From a virus (lineage: Duplodnaviria; Caudoviricetes): DNA of 29,718 nucleotides. Position 1 is the stretch's first letter. The number at the start of each line of letters is the position of its first letter. Both the position numbers and the translations under genes were made by a program. The stretch is from positions 1-29,718 of IMG/VR virus record IMGVR_UViG_3300008450_000306; one strand, 5' to 3'. Below are positions 1 to 10,166 of the stretch, one piece after another. The notes under the pieces were generated by a model that saw only the letters and a list, made by a program, of their open reading frames with translations, searched no databases and was not told where the DNA came from.

Positions 1-431
1 CGGTTCATCATGCGCTGGAACATGCCATTCATGGCAAGGCCCGCCGCTGCATCGCGCACGCCGCCCTGTGCTAGAACGTCCATCCACTTCCGCAGCGTCA
101 CGACGGCCTCCTTACCTGCCGCCGCCTCCACGGAGTTCATAAGCTCGCGGTTGCCGAGCACTGCCTGAACGTCCGTCGCAAGGTCGTAGTAAGCCTTCCA
201 GTAGCCCATTTGCTTCTTGTGAGCGACGAAGGTTTGTAGAGCGTCGCGGAACTCAGGTTCAGCAATAGCCATGCGGGACCGCGTGCGGAGACTGCCCGGC
301 GTCAGAATCGAGCCAGACACCGCCGCGCCGGATACAGGATCGACGATTTCGCCCGCCTTTGCCTGCATCGGTTTTACGGTTAGGGGCGCATAGTTGTCGT
401 GCGCAGGCAGGTTCACGCCGTGTCGTTCGCG
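1..431 (-). CDS. In-frame continuation of the giant virion protein beyond the TAG at 432-434 (partial, runs off window)
   Basis: Same frame stays open for 143 codons to the edge: (LNAL*)RERHGVNLPAHDNYAPLTVKPMQ...YWKAYYDLATDVQAVLGNRELMNSVE...; protein-like composition. Confidence 0.8.
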
Positions 432-3400
432 CTAGAGCGCGTTGAGTTCGCCGTGTTCGCTGCCGTATTTGGCTGCCAACCATGCCATGAAGCTACGCCC
501 TTCCGGCGTGAGTTGCTTCTCTACCTCGTCAATCCATGCCTGATCGTAGGACCAGCCAGAAGTGCGTTGCCCGTTCTCGTCAAACGTGCCTTCCATGTGC
601 CTGCGACCATCCTCTTGCCGCCACATTAGAAGTGCTGTGATGGCCTCAAATTGCGAAAGCTCTACGTCTCCAGCCTTGATGGTCCGTTGCGCCATGTCAA
701 AGCGCAGCCGTTCGCCGTCGAGCACTTTACCGCCAGCCATCGAGGTAAAAAGGGTTTCGAGTTCGTCAGCAATGGCCTGCTGCTCGTCCTCGTAATCATT
801 CGAGGCTTCGCGCTCGCCGTCGATCAATTCCGTAGCCTGCTGCGACTTGGAGCCGAAAGCGTAGCGCAACACCTCGGAGAACGACGACACCGACAGCCAG
901 GCGGACTTGGCTTTGCCGAAAAGCGTCGTCATGGCTTTTTCCATGGCCTGCCGCTCTTTGAGCACGCCGGATTTGCCCGCGTCCGCCTTGAGGGCATCAC
1001 GCACAGCCTGCCGCGCCTCGCGTCGTGCCGTCTGCTTGGCCTTCCATGCGACCACGCCTTGAGAGTAGAGCCGCGTCAGTTCATCAAAAGCCGTAAAGAG
1101 CCGCCCGGAATCCGCGTTCTTCATGTCGCCCACAAGCTCGACAATGCCGCGTTCCAGCACCGCAAGAACGCGTTGATCGTCGGAAAGCGAGTCGTCAACC
1201 GACAAGGCATCAAGCTTTGCCAGTTCACCACGCAGCGCCGCCGCATCCATCGTGGTTGCCGCTTCCGCACGCTGGAAGAGGTAATGCTCATCCGGGCCGA
1301 GCTTGCCTTTGGCCTTCTTGCCCGCCGTGTAGTCGGCAGCGGCTTTCTTGAACAGCCGGTTGATGCTACCCGCGGCGTCCTTCTTGAGCCACTTTTCAAG
1401 CTCCTTGTCGAGCTTGGCAACGCGATCTTCGAGATACCGCAGCGCTGCCTCATCGGTGGCGATGCCGGCCATTTTGACGAAACCGCCCACGCGGGCGCGG
1501 ACCTCGGGAGGTGAGGCTGCAAGAATGCCATCTAGCACGCGCAGCAGTTGGCGAGTTTTTTCGCGTTGAGCCGAAGTGTCTTTGCGTGACAGTTTAGCCG
1601 TTTCAGATTCTTTGCGTTTTTCCAGTTCTCTAATGTTGCGCTCATATTCCAACCGCAAGCTGGCGAGTTTGTTATCGGCATCACGTCGAATGCGTTCTCG
1701 ATCCAATTCGCTGCCTTTGTCTTGTGCAACGCCTTTTATTTCAAAATCGCGGTCCTGACGAATTTGTTTTTCATTTGCTTCTAAATCGGCTCGAAGCTGT
1801 GCAGATTCTTCTGCAAACTTAGTTTCCAAATCTTGCCGCTGTTTTTCGTTGTTATCAAACTGCGCTTGAAGCTCAAGCAGTTGCGGCATGACTCGCAACG
1901 CGCGATCCTTCGCGACGCGAGCCATGACTAAGCGAGCTTCCGGCGAACGCTGAAAGGGCGAGAACATCGCTTCCACGCGTGAGGCGAAGTCGCCGGGGCG
2001 AAGGCTGTATGTAATGCGATCATCCGCAGGGTTGAACCGCTTAGAAAGCGGGATCACGTTGCCCGCGTCGTCGTAGGTTACGGGGTCGGCGGATTTGATT
2101 TGGCTTGGATTCGCTACCGCAACATCCCCCGAAGGCATCTGAATAGATGTTATCCCCTTATTCTCCAAGGAAGCTAACTCAGCATTTCTTTGATAGGCAC
2201 TTTCCCAAGGTTGGAAGTCTTCATCAAAAGTATATTTTCTGGATAAATCAAGATATGCGTCTATTCTTCTATCACCGTAAGTGAATTGGAAATCTTCATC
2301 CAATGACTCATCGGTATTAAACCATGTCCATCCCTTGCTTTTCAGGAATGAATTAAAATCCGAATCTGTTCTGTGGATAAAAGTTCCCACACTATACCCC
2401 GCCTTCTTCGCCGCATCATTTACCATCCGCTGCATCCTAGCAGCCGCCTTTGGATTGCGCTTGATCCACGAATCGACCACCGCTTGACGCTCATCTGGCG
2501 AAGCATCACGCAGTAGTTGATTGAGGTTGTCGCTGCCGCTGTCGCCAGCCTCAACCGCTGCGAGGTATTCGGCGTCTTGCGCCGGAGTCACGCGCAGGCT
2601 GAAAGTTGTATCCGTATTAAATGCCGAACGCGGGCGCAATTCCGTGTCTGTCGCAACAATAACATGCGCCGTGTTGTCATCCATTCCGGCCATTGCCTTG
2701 CCTCTGCTGCGTGAACCAAACTTAGTGTTCACGTTTTTATCAATGATGCCATCAAATCCCAAAGCGTCCATGAAGACACGACGGATAAGCTCGCCAACTG
2801 CTAGTTGTCCATTGTCGCCAGAAGTTGCATAAACAGTCCCTTCGTTGTTACGAAGCTCTTGCTCCAAATCGGCTGCATACATGCCATCTTGATCAAGCGA
2901 TGAAACAAAAGCGCCGGAATCGGTGTCATCAAACGAATCGACCACGCGAGCAATCTTTGCCAATACTCCATCAAAGTCTTTTTCAGCTTCGATTTCATAC
3001 ATGGCGTCTTGCACTTGGTCCTGATAGTCCGGCAATTCGTCGCGTGTAATTCCTTCGCGATCCATGACAAGTTCCTCTGCCTCATCGCGATACTGCTCAA
3101 CGTCGCCTCTAAATTCAATGAATGTGCCTCTGTTGGTAGAATCGCCAACGCGCCCTTTCCATAAAACCACCGGATTTCGCATGGGAATCAACAAAGGAAT
3201 TACCGCGCCGCCATGACCTTTCAGCATGCTTCGCGCCTCGCGTTCCGCCTCGTCTTCATCCATGCCGTCGTTCACCAACTGCTCTTTTGTCAGTTCGATG
3301 CGCTGCGTTAGGTCTGGCCCTTCGCCTGCATAGTTGGCATTTACATCTTCAATGGAAGTTGAAGCATACACGCCTGCCCCCATGTCATTTTCAAGGTAGG

Positions 3401-6400
3401 CCCGCTCATCGGTGAATTGCTCGATTGTGTGCGTTGTGCCGTGATAAGCGCCAATGACAACGGGGCCGCGAATTTCAGCGTCCATTAACTCATCTGGCGC
3501 AATGTATTTGGCGTTGGGCAAAATCTTGTCCAACTGCTTTTTGGTAGGCTTGCGAATACTGAAAGTGTCGCCTATCGCCCCAGAAGTTCCTGTTCGGCCT
3601 TCCGCAATTCCTCTTCCCGCTGCTTTAGCGTTTCTTCCGGCTTGTCCTGACTGAAATCCGCCGGCCAAGGTCGTGCGTTCGACTCGGACTTTGCCGCGCT
3701 CAAGAACGAACTTGACGGTGTTTCCTGCGGAAGGGGAGCCTTCTGTGTAGTAAGTGCCATTTGTGACGGTAGTGTGAACCTTTTCAGCGTCGATATCAAG
3801 ACCAAACGTCGCAATCAATTCCTTGGTCAGGTCGAGTGATGAGTGCCCGACAGCCTCATTTTTAATGGCATTCCAACCAAACCAGTGCATGCCGCCCGCG
3901 TTGGCGTGCTCTCCAAGGTGAAACTGTAGTTCCTCAGATTTGGCAATCGACTCCTCAAGCACGACCTCGAAAGCTTCATACATTGCCAAGGAAAGCGCTT
4001 CGTTGTCACTGTCTATGCCGCCATAAACGCCGTAGACGCCAACCGGGTCAGATGGAGTGTTTGCGCTGTAATTAAAATAGCTTGAAGGCTCATTTGCCTG
4101 CATTCCTTCCATTGCCGTTGGCAACCAAAACTCGACAAATTTCCATCGATCCATAATTACGCCTGGAGTCCCAAACGTAAGGCCGATAAACCGCTGAACC
4201 TTGTTTTTGATGCCGAGCTTGCCCGCCCCAATGTTCCAAAAGCGCCTTCCCATTTCACGGCTGTTTGGCGCGGCATACACATCGGCCATGTCATTCCAGC
4301 GGCCATTGAGCCGCGAAAGCATGAGGTAAAAGTCGTTAGCGTTCGACGTCGCCGCGTTGCCAATCGGGCCAGACTCAACTGCGCTGGATGCGCGAGCGTC
4401 CTGCACCACCTGTTTCCATTGATCCACGGTCATGGCAAACGTGCCGTCGATGGATGACTGAATCGCGTCGAGCACGGGACGGTGGGCGATCAGTCGCAAC
4501 CACATGCCCTCTTGATCAATTGGAGAAAGCATGCGGGATAAAATACCCCACATATTGTGCAAAGCGACAACGAACGGCGCCGGAGCCTTGCCATCACCGA
4601 TTAATTTTCGCATTTCCACAGTGCCGTCCATGCCCTGTTTCGCGGAAGTCTGCGTGTCGCTCAATGATGCTGCGCCGTGATATCCACCGTTTAGCTTGGC
4701 GACGTATGCAGCCGGATTGGCAATGATGTCAGCAAGGCCAGATGGAGGCATCGGGATATCTCCCCAAACGCCAGCCTTGCGCATAAACGTCACCCAGCCC
4801 TTTGCAGTCGTAATCTGCAAAGGGTCTGCCCGTAGCCACTCGATAGCCTTGTCGAGTTTGCCATAAAACTCAGCCCGAACCTTTGGAGAATTAAGAACCT
4901 TAGAAACGCTGCCGCTAATTTTTGGCAACGTCCATGATGGCAAAGCATCCGTGGTATTTGCCACCACGCCCCTTGGCGGCTTTACACTTAATAACGACGG
5001 CGCAATCGAGAACGTCTCGCCATTCGGCCCCGGAGTCGCCTCCGAATATCCGGAAGTGTCCACCTGCTGCGCTACCTCGTCGCGCACCTGCTGCACTTCC
5101 TGCATCGCGCCCTGTTCATGCTTCACCTGCGAATCAATGCCAAGCTGCTTTTCGAGTTCGGCAACCACGTCTTCATTCAGCTTGCCCGCCGCCTTGAGTT
5201 CGCCGAGCTTTTGGGCGCGGTTCACGACGGCTTGCCAGAAAGTCGATTCCGAGTTGAGCGCACCGGCCAGACCGGCACGCATGAGCAGACGCGAGAAGCG
5301 CCGCATGTTGTTCTGTTGCAACGGCTCGCCAAACGACGAGCGCCCGACTAGGTAGGACTGCCCCAAGTGCGACCATGCCTCGACAAGATCGTCGTCCGTC
5401 AGTTGATTGTCCGGGACTTCGCGAAAGAGCTTGTCGCCGCTTTCCTGTTCGTAGTTCCGCAACGCCGCCAGCATCCAGCCTCGCCCGCCACGGCTCGACA
5501 CAATCGCCTTGGCATCGCCTTCGAGCTTTTCTTCAACAAGCGTCAGGACGTTGGAGCCTTCCCACAGCTTGATGGTCGTGCGCAAAACGCCGTCTTTGAA
5601 CTCGTTCCTAGACGAACCGAGAATCTGATAACTGGACAAAAAGCCGTCAGCCTCCGCCGTAGCTCGATCCACCATCGAGGCCGTATCAAAGGCCTCGTTC
5701 GGGTCAATGTCGCCAAGCACCTTGCCCTGTTCGACGCGCCGCTGAATGTCCGGCGTCGTTTGCCCGGCTTCCACCATGCGAACATCTGGCTTGAACTCTA
5801 CGCCAAGCTCGCGGTTGGTGCTCATGTTGCGTTCCATCGAGGTCAAAGCCTCGCGGGTCAAAGCATGCACGCGGCCAAGTTGATCTTCTGCCCACGTCCA
5901 GCGGGCCGTGCTGGCTTCGTCATGCGTGGCAAAACGGGCCGTTGAGCCGTCGTTGAAGGTCAGCAGCCAGTCATTTTCAGCCGTGTGCATTACGCGAGGC
6001 AGCACGCCGCGCCGCTCAAGCTCCGCCTGATAGGCCACAGCATCGCTAGAAAGCGCCTTCAAACGCTCCGCCAGTTTGGTCGCGCCTTGTTCCAAGGATG
6101 TCTTGTTGCCCTCGCGGGAACGCCACAGAGAGGCCGCCTTTGCAATGCGGGCCTCGGGCGTTTTTTCTTGGACGATTTCCGTCGCCTGTGCCTGCGAGTA
6201 GTTGAGCGCCGTCAGGGCATCGACATTGGAAGTCATGCGATCCGAAAGCCGCGCATCCGCCGCCGTCATCACACCGCCAAACACCAGCGCCATCGGGAGC
6301 AGCGTCACCGCAAGTTCAGGCGTCGCATTCGCGGCCCGCGTCTTGTAAAAACTCCAATCCACGTCCGGGACGTCCTTTTCAAGAGCGCCTAGAAGCTCCT

Positions 6401-7883
6401 GCATGGCTGGCACCACAACATTGTCCTGCACCTGCTCCTCGGTGAACTCCGTAGCGCCGGAGATAAGCGAGTTCTGGACGTAGCGACCGACCAGCGACGC
6501 GCCGCCGACAGGACGCGTGAAGCGGGATAGCACCGACTGGACAGCCGGGAACTTGCCGAGGCTCACCATGTTCGATAGGCTTTCGACAGCCGCTTGCAGC
6601 GGAGCCGCCATGACGCCGACCTTCCGCGCCTGATCGGCATCAAGGCCGCTTTGCACCAGTTCGCGCCGGGTATTGGAAGCAAAATCCGCAGTAAACAAAA
6701 GGCCAGCGCCGTAAGGTCCAAGCAACGCCGAGGCACCCATTGAAGGCAAAATAGCCCCAGGAGCTTTAATCAAGCCGGTTTCAATCGTCTCGTTCATCCA
6801 GCCCGTTGTTGGCTTTACCGGGTCGAGTTCGCCGGAAACAATCTGTATGATTTCACCCTCCACATCGCCAATGCGTTCACGATAATCACGTTGCCGCATT
6901 AACGCTTGTTGTTGCTCAGGAGACAAAACAGGCGTTGCAATGGGAGTGCCGTCCAGCATATCCACCGAACGGCCCGACGCTTGCGCTAACGCAATAGACG
7001 CATCAACAGCAATGCCGCCCGTTTCTCCCACAGACGATGCTGCCGCATAAAGTTGTTGGTCGAGAAAGCCGAGCATCTGCGACCAGAAGCCTTTCTGATC
7101 GTAGCCAGCGGCCTCGATCCGGGCAGCAATGGAGCGATACACGCTCTTGCGCTGCGCTTTCTTCATGCCCGCAAGCTGTTCGATCATGCCGCCAAGCTCT
7201 TGCGCTTTGGTCTGGTCAAAGGCTTGTCCGTATTTTTTGGTGGATTGCGCTTCGAGCAATGGCAAAAGCCGGTCAGCAATCGGCAGCATTTCGCCGTCCT
7301 GTTCGAGCGCCTGCTGGTATCCACGCATGAAAAGCCCGGCGTCTTCTTTGGCTCGATCCGCGTTCTTGGCCTGCCATGCCGCCAGCGCCTTCACGCCATC
7401 CTCGCCGCGCAGGGCCGCGTTGACGCCCTCGCGTTGCGTGTCCTCGAGCAGTTTGATCCGCTGCATGTCCTTTTGTGCCAGCGCATAGAACTTGGCCGTG
7501 TCCACATCCTCAGACGCGCCGAACTTCTGCCGGGCAAAGTCGTTGATGAGAAAATCATACCGCTCCGCAACTTCCCGTGGTTCTTTCTGGTATCGAGCGG
7601 ACAGCAAAGCCATGTTGGCGTGAAGCATCTTCGCTTCTTGCGGATTCTGTGAAAACGGCCCCGGATCATAGGTGATTTTGTCCGGTGACTCAAACATGCC
7701 GCGCAAATTGGTTTCACGCTCCACGCGAGCACGTTCGACAGAAGGCCAGTCAGGCTCCCCGTCGTCACGCTGCTGCTGCTGATAGCGGTCCAAAAGATCA
7801 AGCATCCACGGGCGATCCGTTTCAGGCGCTTGGTCAATCGAGCGGGCTATTGTGAGGGCTTCACTTTCGAGAATCTTGGGCAT
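432..7883 (-). CDS. Giant polyvalent internal virion/ejection protein with HhH-glycosylase-like and two ADP-ribosyltransferase-like modules
   Basis: 2483 aa; last gene of podoviral internal virion block; modules bounded by TFSI/TFSL/TYSL linkers; ART-like motifs YHGT..GAGVY..GFDGII and QIKSADPVTYDDAGNVIPLSKRFN. Confidence 0.8.
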   Translation of the reverse strand: MPKILESEALTIARSIDQAPETDRPWMLDLLDRYQQQQRDDGEPDWPSVERARVERETNLRGMFESPDKITYDPGPFSQNPQEAKMLHANMALLSARYQKEPREVAERYDFLINDFARQKFGASEDVDTAKFYALAQKDMQRIKLLEDTQREGVNAALRGEDGVKALAAWQAKNADRAKEDAGLFMRGYQQALEQDGEMLPIADRLLPLLEAQSTKKYGQAFDQTKAQELGGMIEQLAGMKKAQRKSVYRSIAARIEAAGYDQKGFWSQMLGFLDQQLYAAASSVGETGGIAVDASIALAQASGRSVDMLDGTPIATPVLSPEQQQALMRQRDYRERIGDVEGEIIQIVSGELDPVKPTTGWMNETIETGLIKAPGAILPSMGASALLGPYGAGLLFTADFASNTRRELVQSGLDADQARKVGVMAAPLQAAVESLSNMVSLGKFPAVQSVLSRFTRPVGGASLVGRYVQNSLISGATEFTEEQVQDNVVVPAMQELLGALEKDVPDVDWSFYKTRAANATPELAVTLLPMALVFGGVMTAADARLSDRMTSNVDALTALNYSQAQATEIVQEKTPEARIAKAASLWRSREGNKTSLEQGATKLAERLKALSSDAVAYQAELERRGVLPRVMHTAENDWLLTFNDGSTARFATHDEASTARWTWAEDQLGRVHALTREALTSMERNMSTNRELGVEFKPDVRMVEAGQTTPDIQRRVEQGKVLGDIDPNEAFDTASMVDRATAEADGFLSSYQILGSSRNEFKDGVLRTTIKLWEGSNVLTLVEEKLEGDAKAIVSSRGGRGWMLAALRNYEQESGDKLFREVPDNQLTDDDLVEAWSHLGQSYLVGRSSFGEPLQQNNMRRFSRLLMRAGLAGALNSESTFWQAVVNRAQKLGELKAAGKLNEDVVAELEKQLGIDSQVKHEQGAMQEVQQVRDEVAQQVDTSGYSEATPGPNGETFSIAPSLLSVKPPRGVVANTTDALPSWTLPKISGSVSKVLNSPKVRAEFYGKLDKAIEWLRADPLQITTAKGWVTFMRKAGVWGDIPMPPSGLADIIANPAAYVAKLNGGYHGAASLSDTQTSAKQGMDGTVEMRKLIGDGKAPAPFVVALHNMWGILSRMLSPIDQEGMWLRLIAHRPVLDAIQSSIDGTFAMTVDQWKQVVQDARASSAVESGPIGNAATSNANDFYLMLSRLNGRWNDMADVYAAPNSREMGRRFWNIGAGKLGIKNKVQRFIGLTFGTPGVIMDRWKFVEFWLPTAMEGMQANEPSSYFNYSANTPSDPVGVYGVYGGIDSDNEALSLAMYEAFEVVLEESIAKSEELQFHLGEHANAGGMHWFGWNAIKNEAVGHSSLDLTKELIATFGLDIDAEKVHTTVTNGTYYTEGSPSAGNTVKFVLERGKVRVERTTLAGGFQSGQAGRNAKAAGRGIAEGRTGTSGAIGDTFSIRKPTKKQLDKILPNAKYIAPDELMDAEIRGPVVIGAYHGTTHTIEQFTDERAYLENDMGAGVYASTSIEDVNANYAGEGPDLTQRIELTKEQLVNDGMDEDEAEREARSMLKGHGGAVIPLLIPMRNPVVLWKGRVGDSTNRGTFIEFRGDVEQYRDEAEELVMDREGITRDELPDYQDQVQDAMYEIEAEKDFDGVLAKIARVVDSFDDTDSGAFVSSLDQDGMYAADLEQELRNNEGTVYATSGDNGQLAVGELIRRVFMDALGFDGIIDKNVNTKFGSRSRGKAMAGMDDNTAHVIVATDTELRPRSAFNTDTTFSLRVTPAQDAEYLAAVEAGDSGSDNLNQLLRDASPDERQAVVDSWIKRNPKAAARMQRMVNDAAKKAGYSVGTFIHRTDSDFNSFLKSKGWTWFNTDESLDEDFQFTYGDRRIDAYLDLSRKYTFDEDFQPWESAYQRNAELASLENKGITSIQMPSGDVAVANPSQIKSADPVTYDDAGNVIPLSKRFNPADDRITYSLRPGDFASRVEAMFSPFQRSPEARLVMARVAKDRALRVMPQLLELQAQFDNNEKQRQDLETKFAEESAQLRADLEANEKQIRQDRDFEIKGVAQDKGSELDRERIRRDADNKLASLRLEYERNIRELEKRKESETAKLSRKDTSAQREKTRQLLRVLDGILAASPPEVRARVGGFVKMAGIATDEAALRYLEDRVAKLDKELEKWLKKDAAGSINRLFKKAAADYTAGKKAKGKLGPDEHYLFQRAEAATTMDAAALRGELAKLDALSVDDSLSDDQRVLAVLERGIVELVGDMKNADSGRLFTAFDELTRLYSQGVVAWKAKQTARREARQAVRDALKADAGKSGVLKERQAMEKAMTTLFGKAKSAWLSVSSFSEVLRYAFGSKSQQATELIDGEREASNDYEDEQQAIADELETLFTSMAGGKVLDGERLRFDMAQRTIKAGDVELSQFEAITALLMWRQEDGRRHMEGTFDENGQRTSGWSYDQAWIDEVEKQLTPEGRSFMAWLAAKYGSEHGELNAL

Positions 7884-9615
7884 GACGTTGGCGGATGGCG
7901 TTCAGGTCTGGAGCTTCGAGAGATGGCAGTAAAACGCCAGCGGGATTCACCCCGCCAGTCGGTGCCACAGGCGGCAGGTTTTTCTGTGACCGCAGCTTGG
8001 CTGTGATGCGATCATATTCCGCTGCCGCATCTGTGCCGGGCTTGTTGGGATTGGCTTTTTGGAAGGCTTCAAGCTCTTGCGTGGCCTGCACACGAAGCGC
8101 ATTAGCCGACCGAATCTTGGCCTCGTCTTCAAAAACGAACTTGTCGATTTTGACGGGATTCGTTTTGCCTTTGTTTTCTTCGGACAGCCACAAGGCGCGT
8201 GCCTCCATTTCGAGTTCGTCGGCAGTCTTGGGGCGACGGCTCCACATCATGCCGGTTTCTTTCGTGAGGTTCTTTTTGAACGCGTCCACTTCCGCCCGCA
8301 TTTTCGGCGGCAGCGTCGCCTTGGGATCGTCCAGCGTGCTCGTCGTTGGACCAAACACGCCGTTCTTCAAATCGTCGTCCGCTTGAGTAAACACCTTGCC
8401 CCAAGAGCGCGAGAATGATCCGCCGTCTTGCTCACCCGCCAGCGCCTTGTCACGCAGCCCGAGAATGTGAGAGCGATGATTGCCCGTCGCCAGCGCATCG
8501 ACGCGCTTGGTGAAGAGGAAATACTCGGGAGAATCCGGCGCGTGCTGGAAGTTTGCGGCTTCTTTCGCCAGCGTCGAAAGCACAAACTCATCATCCATTT
8601 TGTTGTCGATGGCTGTCATAATTTCTGCCTTGTCGCCTGGAGTCAAAAAGTTGCCTTCATCGAGCAACTTCACGATTTCCGCCTTGGATGCCTTGGCCTT
8701 CATGGCGTCGGCAATGCCAGCGTATTGCTTGCCTCGCTCGCGGGTCTGCACGGTTTCACTGCGGCGTTTCAATTCGTCCAGCCGGTTTGCGGTGATGCGC
8801 CCGCGTGAAAAGTCGTTCTGTGCAACTTCGAGACCGTGAACGGGATTGGTGTCGATCAAGTGTTCAAGCTCCGCGTCCTTGAAGCGGTTCTCCACCTGCA
8901 TGAGCAAGCTCGACTTTTCCGAGTCCGTCAGATCCGCATTGCTTTGAATCGACGCCTTCACCTCGTCAGCTTTGGCCGTGGGCGCGTCCAGCATCGTCTT
9001 AAGTTCGAGGTTGAACCGCTCCCGGCGCGTTCCTTTGGCTGCCTTGCTGGCGTCGTATTCAACAAGCGCCCCTTCTTCGGGAGTGAAGACGCCAAGTTTC
9101 ACGCCATGCTCTACGGTGCTGCGAATCATGGAATCATCGCCGAAGTCAATTGCCTGCTTCATGCGGAGGTCGAGCGCGTCTTTTGTGCGTTTCACCCCTT
9201 GCTTGAACACATCGCCCTGCACGCTGATGGTTTGCGCATCGTTCCACCGGCCCCAGGAGCGCGTTGTATTGAGCCGCGCCCCTTCCGTCATCTTGAGGCC
9301 GTCGATTTGCTTCTGTGCTGTGGACTGCATTTCCTGCCACTTAGGCAGCCATGCGGATTCGTCGGCGTTCTGAGGATCAAGCCGCCACGCGTTGAAGTCG
9401 TTCGTGGTCTGCCGCATGACGTTCTCGGCTGCGATCATGCTGCGAGCGTCCACAAGCTCGGCGTATTTGGCCTGCAAATTGACCAGCGTTTCACCCGCTT
9501 GCCCGATCGCCCGCCCGATTTGTGCCGTGCGATTGGCGTTCGAAGTCAGTTGAACCGGTGCGACGTTGCCAAAAGCTGGAGCGCGAGCGATGGGTGCGAG
9601 AGGAACAAGGGGCAT
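7861..9615 (-). CDS. Internal virion (ejection) protein
   Basis: 584 aa helical Ala/Gln/Lys-rich; between small internal protein and giant protein, overlapping the latter's start. Confidence 0.65.
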   Translation of the reverse strand: MPLVPLAPIARAPAFGNVAPVQLTSNANRTAQIGRAIGQAGETLVNLQAKYAELVDARSMIAAENVMRQTTNDFNAWRLDPQNADESAWLPKWQEMQSTAQKQIDGLKMTEGARLNTTRSWGRWNDAQTISVQGDVFKQGVKRTKDALDLRMKQAIDFGDDSMIRSTVEHGVKLGVFTPEEGALVEYDASKAAKGTRRERFNLELKTMLDAPTAKADEVKASIQSNADLTDSEKSSLLMQVENRFKDAELEHLIDTNPVHGLEVAQNDFSRGRITANRLDELKRRSETVQTRERGKQYAGIADAMKAKASKAEIVKLLDEGNFLTPGDKAEIMTAIDNKMDDEFVLSTLAKEAANFQHAPDSPEYFLFTKRVDALATGNHRSHILGLRDKALAGEQDGGSFSRSWGKVFTQADDDLKNGVFGPTTSTLDDPKATLPPKMRAEVDAFKKNLTKETGMMWSRRPKTADELEMEARALWLSEENKGKTNPVKIDKFVFEDEAKIRSANALRVQATQELEAFQKANPNKPGTDAAAEYDRITAKLRSQKNLPPVAPTGGVNPAGVLLPSLEAPDLNAIRQRHAQDSRK

Positions 9616-9629
9616 GGTCAGAAAGTTGT

Positions 9630-10166
9630 TTAGCCCGTGGTCGTGGTGGCGGGTTTAGCCGTTTGAGGCCGATTGCTGGAAAGGTTGCCGTAAGCGTTAA
9701 GCATGGATGACGCGCCGGAAAGCAACGTTGCGCCCGTGCTAGGCTTGGCCGCATCGGCTGCCGACAAAGCAGATAATCGCCGGTTTTGAATGTCTTGCTG
9801 TTGCAGGTCGTTCGAAAAGGCGAGGTTTTGAAGCTCAAGTTGCGTTTGCACTTCCGTATCCGCCAAAATGTCCAGCGGCGTGCCGGTCATTTGGATGCCT
9901 TGCCCGGAGATTGCTGCCGCTTGAGTCTGCCGAAATCGACGTTGCTCCGCCAACCGTTGCCGTGTAGCCGCTTCCAGCTCGGCTGCCTTTCTTGCGGCTT
10001 CTTGTTGCGCTGCCGATTCCGCGTTAAGATTGGCTTGCTTGGCGGCCTGCTGTTGTGCGGAATATCCGGCATACGTCGAGGCTGCCGTTAAACCCGCAAA
10101 AAGTGTCCAGTAAATTATAACACCCCAATCGACAACGGCCAGAATTGGAAAAGGAAAAAGATTCAT
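9630..10166 (-). CDS. Small internal virion protein (T7 gp14-like position)
   Basis: Hydrophobic N-terminus, Ala/Gln-rich coil, SGQGIQMTGTPLDIL motif typical of the class; ATGA overlap with nozzle gene. Confidence 0.7.
   Translation of the reverse strand: MNLFPFPILAVVDWGVIIYWTLFAGLTAASTYAGYSAQQQAAKQANLNAESAAQQEAARKAAELEAATRQRLAEQRRFRQTQAAAISGQGIQMTGTPLDILADTEVQTQLELQNLAFSNDLQQQDIQNRRLSALSAADAAKPSTGATLLSGASSMLNAYGNLSSNRPQTAKPATTTTG

Noticed and set aside
1530-1870. AT-richer stretch in the giant gene as intron or intein
   Set aside because: Frame is open, encodes a coiled coil, no splice motifs
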